The notes under the pieces: generated by a model | Seen by the model: only the letters and a program-made list of their open reading frames with translations | The model's database searches: none | Told to the model about the DNA's origin: nothing | Program-made: the position numbers and the translations under genes | NCBI RefSeq assembly: GCF_003704095.1 | Contig: NW_020844656.1 | Location: 434,001 to 498,000, forward strand | DNA length: 64,000 nt | Source: Pocillopora damicornis | Taxonomy: Eukaryota | Direction: 5' to 3' | Part shown: one piece after another, positions 12,477 through 21,742 of the stretch | Position numbering within the stretch: position 1 is the first letter of the stretch | Layout: every line of letters starts with the position of its first letter

Positions 12477-12917
12477 ATGGGGTTCACAAGGCTGTTCAGA
12501 AAGTTACGTTTTCGTGTCGTACCATTCTCTGGTAGCCGAATTCGTCGGCCGGAAAACTGCGAAAAATTCACCAGCAGTGAGGACCAGTCCATCAAAGAAG
12601 GCTACCTTTGGAAACAGAGCAAGTCAATGCCGCTAAAACGCCGTTGGAAGAGGAGATATTTCATCTTGTCCGAAGACAAACTGTATTTGTTGAAAGAGAA
12701 AAACGAAGAGTCTGTTTCGGCGAAAATCATTCGTATACTAGACATCGTCTCTCTCATGGCAGAGGACTTCGGGTTTCGACGGAAGAAATTTGGTCTTCGC
12801 CTCCGAGCAAACAACAAAGAATCGTACGTTGTGAGTTGTAATTCTGAAGACGAGAGAAACGACTGGATCACGGCGGTGCTAACTGCGAAATCTTGCAGTC
12901 TGGTAAAATACGAATAA
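12477..12917 (+). CDS. Small PH-domain-only protein (146 aa)
   Basis: ATG at 12477 (MGFTRLFRK...). PH signatures IKEGYLWKQ...RRWKRRYFILSEDKLYLLK and C-terminal helix SEDERNDWITAV. Likely 5'UTR acceptor tgtttag at about 12441. Confidence 0.85.
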   Translation: MGFTRLFRKLRFRVVPFSGSRIRRPENCEKFTSSEDQSIKEGYLWKQSKSMPLKRRWKRRYFILSEDKLYLLKEKNEESVSAKIIRILDIVSLMAEDFGFRRKKFGLRLRANNKESYVVSCNSEDERNDWITAVLTAKSCSLVKYE

Positions 12918-15002
12918 GTTTGAATCAAACCCCTGAATCCAAACTATATTATATGTATTAGGAATGTTACCGTTTAAACCTAAAATTAATTTTCATCACA
13001 AAAAACGGAACTCCTGCAAGACTAAGCTGAAAAAATATTCGACTGAAATCTTGAAAAATCAATTTGAAATGGCAGCTGATTTCCTGGCGCGGTGACATTA
13101 CTTAGAATTAAATTTTTGATGCAGAACAGTATTTACCACTTTCCTGACTATTCTATTGACACCAGATATTGGACAAAACTTCGACATTTGCGACATTAAG
13201 GTGTCTATTTTATTGTCACTATAAAAGTTTCTGTGTTTTTTAGATAAAAATTTTTAGTTGCGAAATTCTGAGCTGTTTACTTATTTCATTAAAAGTTTTT
13301 AATTTTTTCTTGGAAAATTGAGTTGATTCCCTCGCGTAGTATAGTTTAAGTGCAGTTTAAAAATATAGATTTTATGAAAAGTTATTTTCAAGAGAATATG
13401 TTCTCTTGTTATTTCTTAATCAGGAATAAACATCGACAACTTTTGAGGCTTTCCGGTTTTATTTCATAGCTCTAAAGCTCTGAAATATCAACTAACTCCA
13501 GATTTTTTTTCTCTTGGAAAATGTTCAGGAACTATCCTTTAATTGACGAGCGATGGTCACGGGACATACAAAATCTAGGAGTTTCAGTGACATCAACAAG
13601 CATTGAGCTGGCAAAAGTTACGAAACAATAGAATGATATCTTTGAAACGTAAATTGCTATTTTTAGGCAGAAAAGATTCCTTTCCACGGCTCAGAAAATT
13701 TAGCTATATTTTATGACCACAAGGAGGTCTCCCTTCGGTATCTTCTCCTAATAAGTAACTTTGTGATGTGGAAAATGTCATGTCTAGTATCGTGCGTTAT
13801 GTCTTCCCAACAAGAGGCTTCTGATGAAAGTATGGAATTTGAAAACAATGCATCCACGAGAATATAAAATTGAATTTAATTTGCAAGCTTCTTCAGTAGG
13901 TGATTTGTAAAAACACGTTCCTGATTGGCCTTCATATTTACGAATTGAACTATTTTGCCATTTGTGTTCCATTAGATTCAATGGAAAAGTTTGCGTTCGT
14001 TTGTAATATTTTTGGTAATTACAGAAAAACACATGCCCCTTACTGTGACGCCACACACAACTTTGCATCCTCCCACTCATAACACGCTAAAGCCGTGTGC
14101 TTTTAAAAAAATGTATTACGCATACCCTCAAATATTCAAAGGAATATGTTAAACAAATCAGAGAAAAAAAAATTTATTCCCAATTCAAACCATCAACTTT
14201 AAGATGCACGCAAAACGATGCGCGATTTTACTATGGTATGCTACAAAATCCGACAAAGAATATCTGACGGGAAAATTAGTGCTTCGCAGAGCCGAGAGTA
14301 TTATCTAGCAATAGATGGAAAGTAACCACCTCTGGATTTAATTCAGTGTTAACTGACACTTGCAAACTCTGCTAAAACTGAAGCTATCTGTACAAGCAAG
14401 CTCCGCTTTCAAATGCATTGTCAGAGAATCTTGACATTTACAAATATTACGCTTTCTCAAGTCTTTTTAATGTTATTCCACGAGTATTGCATGTTTTGAC
14501 ACAATTTGTTTTAAAAATAAAACTTACGAACGCCAGTACAAACAAACAGCTGTTTTTTCGTCCTTTTGATTGGACGTAATTCATACCTAGTTATCCCTAT
14601 TCTTATCTTCGCGCGCATTACACCACCTTGCAGTCTTTGCCCCAGCCTTCTTTCTAAAATAGCGTTTTTCAATTGACTGAAAAGGATGACTTTCTTTCTT
14701 GGAGTTATATATCGACTATTATGCGTTAGCTTTCAATTTGAATAACTGCCCCTATATTGGATCATTTCATATCTTGATCTTAATATCTATCCAGAAAAAG
14801 ATCAGAGTTGGTGCAAACGGTAACAAAGACTGCAATTCTTGTCTCAAATTACCCTATTTTCAAAACGAGGAATATTTTCAGCATGACCGTTACTCCAAAA
14901 AGAAGGTAAAATTTAAAATTTCTGGGTCCTGATCTGTTCTATTTCCATTTTCTATTTTTAAAAATGAGCTATTTACAAGGCAAAACATATTAAAAATTAA
15001 AA

Positions 15003-15037
15003 ACCGAACGTTTTCGACACTAGGTCATCATCAGGGT
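15003..15037 (-). ncRNA. Minimal type I hammerhead ribozyme motif (Penelope-like element type)
   Basis: Minus strand ACC-CUGAUGA-U-GAC(cuagu)GUC-GAAA-ACGU-UC^GGU: full catalytic core, stem I ACC/GGU, stem II GAC/GUC, palindromic stem III AACGUU. Confidence 0.6.
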
Positions 15038-16504
15038 AAATAAACTCCGTCCGCTAAACTGCATATTTCATATCCTTAGGTATAATTCCAGATGGGAAGA
15101 GTTTCGAAACGTAGGAGTTAATTTGTCTATTCAAATTAGGCCTAAAAATTTTGGATCATTAGGCTTTCAAGGATTCTGCATTGATCAAAAGGATTTTGGT
15201 AGCCTACGTATAGCTGTACCCTCCCCCCCCCATGGTGAAATGGAGGGGGGTTTGGAACGGCTACACGTTGACTAGGTTTTTTTGGCCAAGCAGAGTATGC
15301 GCCAGCTGAAAGAATGCGAAGGATTCTCCCGAATTTAGGGGGACAGGTTCAGAGTCATGATGTGTTTAAGTGTACATCAACTCGCACGTGCACCTTTCTC
15401 ATGGTCTCGCCGATGTTAACTACGCCGCAAAACAGTCTTCTTTGCCAGTCAGGGTGTATGTTTCCGATTAAGATCGCATGAGGATGTGTAAGCATGTCGT
15501 ATCGGCTTGTTGGATCGAGCATTTCACTCCGGTCCACTGTTTCTCAGGGCGCGGTTCCTCGGGGCACGGTTCCTCAGGGCGCGGTCGGGAAAGCCGAAAG
15601 GAAGTTCCTTCTCAAGAGCATCGAATACTGGAGCCAAGATAAAGTCGGAAATCGAGTTACAAACATTTGTCCTTCGTTTTTTATGACTGTATCCGATTGA
15701 ACTCAAATAGCCTGTCTCATTATATCCCTTGTTCCTATCAGGAAACCTCTCCCCACACACGGTTAGACGCGGATGATCTGCCCGAGATGGGCGTGCGTTT
15801 TACACACGAGGTTTATGAAATATTGGGATCTCCCAAGGTGGGTCAGTGAAAAAGTAAAAGAAAGCTGCTATCAACATGAGGTCTAAAAATGATTTAAGGG
15901 TTATTCGCAGCAAAGGTAGGTGAGTGTTTCTTAGTTTTTTAGTAAAACAGTTCATTCGTCTCTGCTTGTCCTTGAGAGATGGCCGGCGCGAGGTTATCGG
16001 CATATAAAAGGGATCCTTTTTCCTTATAAGGTACATGATTTTTTTCCAAAAGTGGTTTATCAAAGTATACGCGTTTGACCCCCATTCTCCGTTGCTGCCC
16101 CACTCACCTGGTGGAAATATCCTTTAAAATCATATGAACGCGAATTTTTTTTTTACCATGAACTAAAACACTCGTAGAATCAACACAACCCCTATATGGT
16201 TATATTGTATCTTACTCGAACCGAGTGACGTCTCTACATCCCTTGGACCCTAACATCAGCATTTATATTCTCCATACTGTTCTCTAGACATTTCCTACGG
16301 TGCTGACAAGAAGAATTTGGGGATTAATTTGTGTACTTGATTCATGGGTTTTATTGTATCAAAGGTTTAAACTGAACAGACATTGAACGTTTCGGACATA
16401 AACGTAAATAACCCATAGTGTTTATTGTTTGTTCAATTTATCAGATGTTAATGTGCCACAAATGATTTAAACTATACGTACGAATCACCAAAACAGGTCA
16501 AGCT

Positions 16505-16894
16505 TACGCGTAGATCAATTCGAAGCTTCAACATCCCCCCCTGCGCAAATCTCGGGCTTTGAACTTTTGATGACTTTTTTGTTCAAATTTCCTCCGCCCC
16601 CCACCCCCGAGCAAAAATTGTGTTCAAATGCCCCACCCAATTTTTGGGTAAAATGCAGATAAAAGAAAACCTAGACCTTGTAGACATTTCCATCTGAGTC
16701 ATTCACTCGGTAAATTGAACTACTTTCCTTAACATCTCCATATCTCATGATATAACGCTTGCATTCTACTGGAAAGACTAGACACTTCCGGTTTAAATTC
16801 TCCACCCCCCCCCCCCCCCCCCCCCCGGGCTTGGAAGACGGGCAAATGCCTATGGGTTGCCCGGGAGGAATGTTGCTTCGAATTGATCGGCGTA
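16505..16894. mobile_element. MITE with ~30-bp TIRs and an internal poly(C) tract
   Basis: Left tacgcgtagatcaattcgaagcttcaacatcccc; reverse complement of right tacgccgatcaattcgaagcaacattcctccc. Confidence 0.75.
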
Positions 16895-17908
16895 TTATCC
16901 ACAATCAACTTTACACCCTTTCAATTTTAGTAAAAACAGGAACATAAAATTTGATCTATGATTCATGCGCCCGTAACTCTAAATTGTGAGCAGTCATTGA
17001 CCTATAAACCTAAAATCATACTTTTTCTAGAAGGCTCTAGTATTGTTATGGCAATCCTCAACGTAAGTAAAGTGAAAGGCTTAAACATAACTTATTGAGC
17101 AGAATTGAGGCATTTCTTCCGCACCATTTTCGAAGAAACGTATAAAATGCATGATGCAGTAAAACTCCGCTTACTCAAACTCGGGGAATTCAAACCCCAC
17201 CAGTGACTCGTACAAGATCTGATTTCTTTTGACCCATTCCTTTGGTCATTTACTATCAACTAATTCGAACACTCGCTAACTCGAACCATGTTTTGTTCCC
17301 CTTGCGAGTTTGAGTTAGCGGGGTTATACTGTAGTATCGATCAATCAAGGATTAAATAACAACAAATTGAGAAACTGCCTTGAGACAGTACGAACCACCG
17401 AATTTATGATTGTCTTTGGTAGACACAACATTTTAAAGTTTTGAAATCTACTAGCCGCAACATTTGAATAATCTTCTTTTTTTAAGTTTTTTTCCCCCGA
17501 AATTATTAAGCGTTTAAAAGCCCATGAGATCATTATAACACCAGTGAAGTCAATTAGGACTCTCATTCAATAATTCACAACATTCAAAAATAGCTGACGT
17601 GTTTGTTTTTGTTTTCGTGGTTTTTTTTTAGGTCAGGAAGTAATTTTCAATAACTAAATCCCTAATCAGCAATCATTTATGAAATTCATACATCACATAC
17701 GACGGTACAAACTTGTACATATAATCATCGATATCTTAATTTGAAAAATTCAGTCTGTATCAATTACAGGTATTGATCCTGTAATCTGTCCTCTGCAATC
17801 AATTGAAATCCGTTCTGTTCAGAGTACTTAAAAAAAAATTACCACCTCTTCCACTGGGATGATAAATGGCAGAGACAAACATCACATTTGCTCCTTGAAC
17901 GTCCTCGC

Positions 17909-20900
17909 CTATACATACGACTCGTAAAAGTAAGATGGCCGAGAGTGAACAGAAGTTGCTATTTCACTTTTAACATCATTTCTCCAAGCGACATTCCACC
18001 ATAGGGGTCTCAAACCATTTATTACAACGAATAGCAAACCGAGTACATCTGCCAGAACAGCCATCCACAACGCAGCTTTCCCTAACAGGGCCGCAATCAC
18101 GATGGCCAGCTTCAAAATGACGGAGAACGAGATGTTTTCTGCTACGACACGACGGCAGAAACGGCCGAGTTGTACCAGTTCCGGTATTTTCGTCAAGTTG
18201 TTGCTCATCAGTGCCACATCTGCCGCCTCCACTGCTAAGGCCGTTCCCCCAGCGCCCATTGCGATACCAATATTCGCTGCGGCAAGGGCTGGGCCATCGT
18301 TGACGCCATCGCCGACCATACCCACAATGATTTTGTCGCTGTCACGTGATTTTACAGCATTGTAGCGGTGACGGGAACAGCAACAAGCGTACGGTAACAT
18401 ACACCTCCTAGTCTGTTGATCGTCGCCAAGCACCTCGCATTCCACGATTTGCATTCCACCTTGTCTCTCCTCGATCCACGACAGTTTGTCCTGAGGTTTC
18501 ATGTCGGCGATGCACTCGTCCAAGCTTAAGTTACTCTTCACGGCCATGGCTGTACGAGAGTTATCACCAGTGATCATGGCAGTCTGGACACGAGTTTTTC
18601 GTAACCAGTCCAACGCGCCACGACTTTCTGATCTAATAGTGTCAGCAAGAGCGATCATCATGGCCAGTTTACCATCCACAGCCATGAAGACCACAGTTTT
18701 ACTCTCGTTACACCAAGTGATATACTTCTCTTCCATACACTTATTCAGCGCTTTGTTGCCAACACGCTTTAGGAATTCGTAATTACCGATCTGCACATGA
18801 TGACCTCCGACAACACCAGAAATACCTTGTCCTTCGTGAAGTTTAAAGCATTTTACTTCCGGAAGGCTGGAGGATTGTGACTTGCGCATTTCCGAAACAC
18901 AACCACTAAATTCGCTTACTATGGCAGCCGCAAGAGGGTGGCTGGACTTGCTCTCAAGCGCAGCTGCTAGGCGTAAAGCTGATCGTTCTTTCACTCCAAA
19001 AACGCATTCTATGTCAACAACTTGAAACTTTCCTTCTGTCAATGTTCCAGTTTTATCAAACGCAAGGACCTGCAACTGAGCGAGGGTCTCGAGGTGAACT
19101 CCACCTTTGATCAGTGCTCCTTTACGCGCCGCTGCAGTGATACCACAGACCATAGCAATAGGGGTGGACATAACGAGGGCGCAGGGGCACGCTATGACCA
19201 GAAGGACAAGGGCTCGTTCTCCCCACATCTTTAGCTCCTGTGAGTAGGTTCCCACGCCTGCAGCACCAAGAATGGCTGGAATAACAAATACTAGAGCTGC
19301 AACAACGACCACAGTTGGAGTGTAATACTTGGCAAACCGATTTATGGCGACTTCGATCCTTCCTGAACCAGTTTGGGCTTCCTGAACTAGTTGTGCAACT
19401 TTAGAAACTGTGGAAGATGTCGAGTCTGATGTGGTATTCACTTCCAAGTAGCCATTTTGATTAATCGTTCCGCTAAATACTTTAGATCCCACAGTTTTTT
19501 CAACGGGCACAGATTCACCAGAAACCGTACTTTCGTCCACAGCAGCTCGTCCTTTTATGACTTCACCATCCAAAGGAATAAACTCTCCTGGCCTAATGGC
19601 GATAGTGGTTCCAATAGCAACTGATTCCACCAATACACATTCGCCAGTGTTCGCTAGTATTGCCACCCGCGGCGCTTTTAGCATGAGCCCAGAGATTGTC
19701 CGATGGACTTTAAACATGCAAAACTCTTGCAAGGCTTCGGCGAAGGAGAATACGTAAACTACAGCGGCGCCGTCCAACCACTCCTCAATGCTAAGCGTTC
19801 CCGCTATGGCAATGAGTATCAGAATATTGATGTCGACGCTACAGGTTTTAAGAGAAACATACGTTTTCTGGAGGACTGGAAATATACCGAACACGATTTC
19901 CGCAATGGCCGGCCATCTGTACCAGGACGCATCACAGAAGAACGCTACAACACCTGTCATCAGGAGAATGGTTTGGAGCAGAAGATAAATCAGAAAAGTC
20001 GATAAGGACGGCGGGAGACTTTTACTATCATCGTGTTCCTGGGACCCAGTCTCCATGACGCTCGCGCCCAGATGGTTTCGGTTGAGTGTGTCAACAAGCT
20101 CGGTAGCTGACGTCACTTCTGGGTCGTGACGGACGTACACGACTCTCCCGATCACATTGACTGCGATTGATTTCACTCCTTCCAATGGTTCTAAGGATTC
20201 TTGAACGAGTGTGCTTTCCATCGCACAGCAAATGTTTTGCACTCGCAGCTTAGTGGTACTTTCGCGTATCACGGGTTTCTTCTTTGAGCTGTGGTCGCTT
20301 TCCTGAATACCGGGTGACGTGGGAGGGGTGAGAGGATAGAAACCATTGCGGTTTGTCACTGAGATTCTACTGCCAGATAGTGATCGATCGCAAAGTCCCT
20401 CGACAGACAATTTACGCTGGGATTTTTGGTAGCGATTGTCCCCACGTGGTTTTCGCGTGGAACCACTACAAGCTTGACTCTCACAGCAGTTGTCTTCAGG
20501 CGGAGAACACGTGACAGTTAATTGTGGATTGCGTGTCTGACATGTCAACTGACCACATGAAGACCGACGAGGGCTACCACTTTCGCAGCAAGTTGACACG
20601 GAGATTGCATCCGCTGAACTGGACGGTCTACCACTGTCTTTATCCGTGTGGCTGCAATTCGTTTGACAAGAATCACTCCAGTCGTCTGCCACAGTTCTAC
20701 CGCAACAATCAGCGCTGGTTCTTCCCGAAGGCCCACCGGACTCAGTTGACTTACTCTCTGGGATTTCCCTCTCAGAGCAACAACCTCGACATGGTGATGA
20801 GTCTGGCATAGCAGTAGCTTGTGCCGGTTGCTCAGACGCTTTTTCACTACAAGTGTCTTCTTTCTCTTGTTGTGAATTCTCCTGAGACGAGCAGCTGCCT

Positions 20901-21277
20901 TTGACAGGTTCACCTATTCTTACATCGTTGACAGTAGTCGAGCAACACTTACTTTGGAAACATTCGGCTGCTTCATCGCTTGGCTGTTTGGCTGAAGCAG
21001 AAGGACAAGGACTACACAGAGTTTCTTCATTGCAAGAATCCTTCTCATCATCGCAGCAGCTTTTGGAACGAGCAGACACACACGGGTCTCTCGTCTCCTC
21101 TTCTCCATACGAATCTATCCCATCCTCGCAAAAGCTTTCAATTTTTCCTGTTGTAGAAACAAAACATAGGTTGCTCATCTTTTCTTCGTTACAGTAAGTT
21201 TCGGACGGGTATAGATTCATATCATTCACTACCACAATACTTTGCCTCAAAATTACACTTCGCTGCAATCTCACCAT
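17909..21277 (-). CDS. P1B-2 heavy-metal (Zn/Cd/Pb-type) P-type ATPase, HMA2/3/4-like; single coding exon, 1122 aa
   Basis: Motifs: DKTGTLT phosphorylation site, SGES (TGES variant), SHPL, TGDN, GDGVNDGPAL. P1B-2 membrane signature CPCALVMSTP, ENISFSVILK (N-x7-K) and WMAVLAD. HMA domain with ICCAME. An in-frame TGA lies two codons upstream of the ATG. Confidence 0.93.
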   Translation of the reverse strand: MVRLQRSVILRQSIVVVNDMNLYPSETYCNEEKMSNLCFVSTTGKIESFCEDGIDSYGEEETRDPCVSARSKSCCDDEKDSCNEETLCSPCPSASAKQPSDEAAECFQSKCCSTTVNDVRIGEPVKGSCSSQENSQQEKEDTCSEKASEQPAQATAMPDSSPCRGCCSEREIPESKSTESGGPSGRTSADCCGRTVADDWSDSCQTNCSHTDKDSGRPSSSADAISVSTCCESGSPRRSSCGQLTCQTRNPQLTVTCSPPEDNCCESQACSGSTRKPRGDNRYQKSQRKLSVEGLCDRSLSGSRISVTNRNGFYPLTPPTSPGIQESDHSSKKKPVIRESTTKLRVQNICCAMESTLVQESLEPLEGVKSIAVNVIGRVVYVRHDPEVTSATELVDTLNRNHLGASVMETGSQEHDDSKSLPPSLSTFLIYLLLQTILLMTGVVAFFCDASWYRWPAIAEIVFGIFPVLQKTYVSLKTCSVDINILILIAIAGTLSIEEWLDGAAVVYVFSFAEALQEFCMFKVHRTISGLMLKAPRVAILANTGECVLVESVAIGTTIAIRPGEFIPLDGEVIKGRAAVDESTVSGESVPVEKTVGSKVFSGTINQNGYLEVNTTSDSTSSTVSKVAQLVQEAQTGSGRIEVAINRFAKYYTPTVVVVAALVFVIPAILGAAGVGTYSQELKMWGERALVLLVIACPCALVMSTPIAMVCGITAAARKGALIKGGVHLETLAQLQVLAFDKTGTLTEGKFQVVDIECVFGVKERSALRLAAALESKSSHPLAAAIVSEFSGCVSEMRKSQSSSLPEVKCFKLHEGQGISGVVGGHHVQIGNYEFLKRVGNKALNKCMEEKYITWCNESKTVVFMAVDGKLAMMIALADTIRSESRGALDWLRKTRVQTAMITGDNSRTAMAVKSNLSLDECIADMKPQDKLSWIEERQGGMQIVECEVLGDDQQTRRCMLPYACCCSRHRYNAVKSRDSDKIIVGMVGDGVNDGPALAAANIGIAMGAGGTALAVEAADVALMSNNLTKIPELVQLGRFCRRVVAENISFSVILKLAIVIAALLGKAALWMAVLADVLGLLFVVINGLRPLWWNVAWRNDVKSEIATSVHSRPSYFYESYV

Positions 21278-21557
21278 TTTTCAGGAAGGGAAAAACATTT
21301 TCCAAGTCTTGACGTCCATGGTAACACTCGCCACATCCGCAAGAGTCTTCGGGTAAATCATCCGAACAACAGCCGCAGTGAAATTCTTGACACATCGGTA
21401 CTTAATTCTGTAAGCAATAAAGATAATCTAAGAACTAAATTGTAATTAAAAAGTTCATCCAATTTTTTACGGTGTTACACCTTATCATGAACAAAACATG
21501 CTTTCTCTTGAAGATATGGCCTTGCGTCAGGAGGCCAAGAAAAAAAATGAAAACAAA

Positions 21558-21742
21558 GGGATAAGTTTCCAAGGAAACGATGGTGCTGCGTCGGCGGGAG
21601 AGTATAACAGCTAACAGGGTTATTTACCTTCATTAACTGAGTTCATAACGTAAACTAGCCACCGTAAAGAGTTATAAAACAGCTTTACAAACCTTTACGG
21701 TGGCCGATTTACGTTATCAACTCAGTTAATAAAACAAAATTA
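21558..21742. mobile_element. Second copy of the same PLE-like inverted-repeat family, central motif deleted
   Basis: Shares gaaac..tggtgctgc...gagagtataacag and aactgagtt..taacgtaaa...tttacgttatcaactcagtt with the 1395-1623 and 61705-61945 copies. Confidence 0.6.

Noticed and set aside
12477-12497. N-myristoylation of the PH protein (Met-Gly start)
   Set aside because: Lacks the favoured Ser/Thr at position 6 and has a bulky residue at position 3.
16671-16947. Poly-Pro / poly-Gly ORFs
   Set aside because: Translation of a poly(C) tract inside a MITE.
17909-21277. Bacterial contamination, or recent HGT argued only from lack of introns and higher GC
   Set aside because: The gene is contiguous with host repeats and genes and has no operon context. 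DAXX in the same window is also intronless, and CpG retention explains the GC. Origin needs a phylogeny.
18102-21445. Many short overlapping or antisense ORFs across the ATPase (and likewise across DAXX, the PDZ gene and WDR47)
   Set aside because: Shadow ORFs of real coding sequence; no independent motifs.
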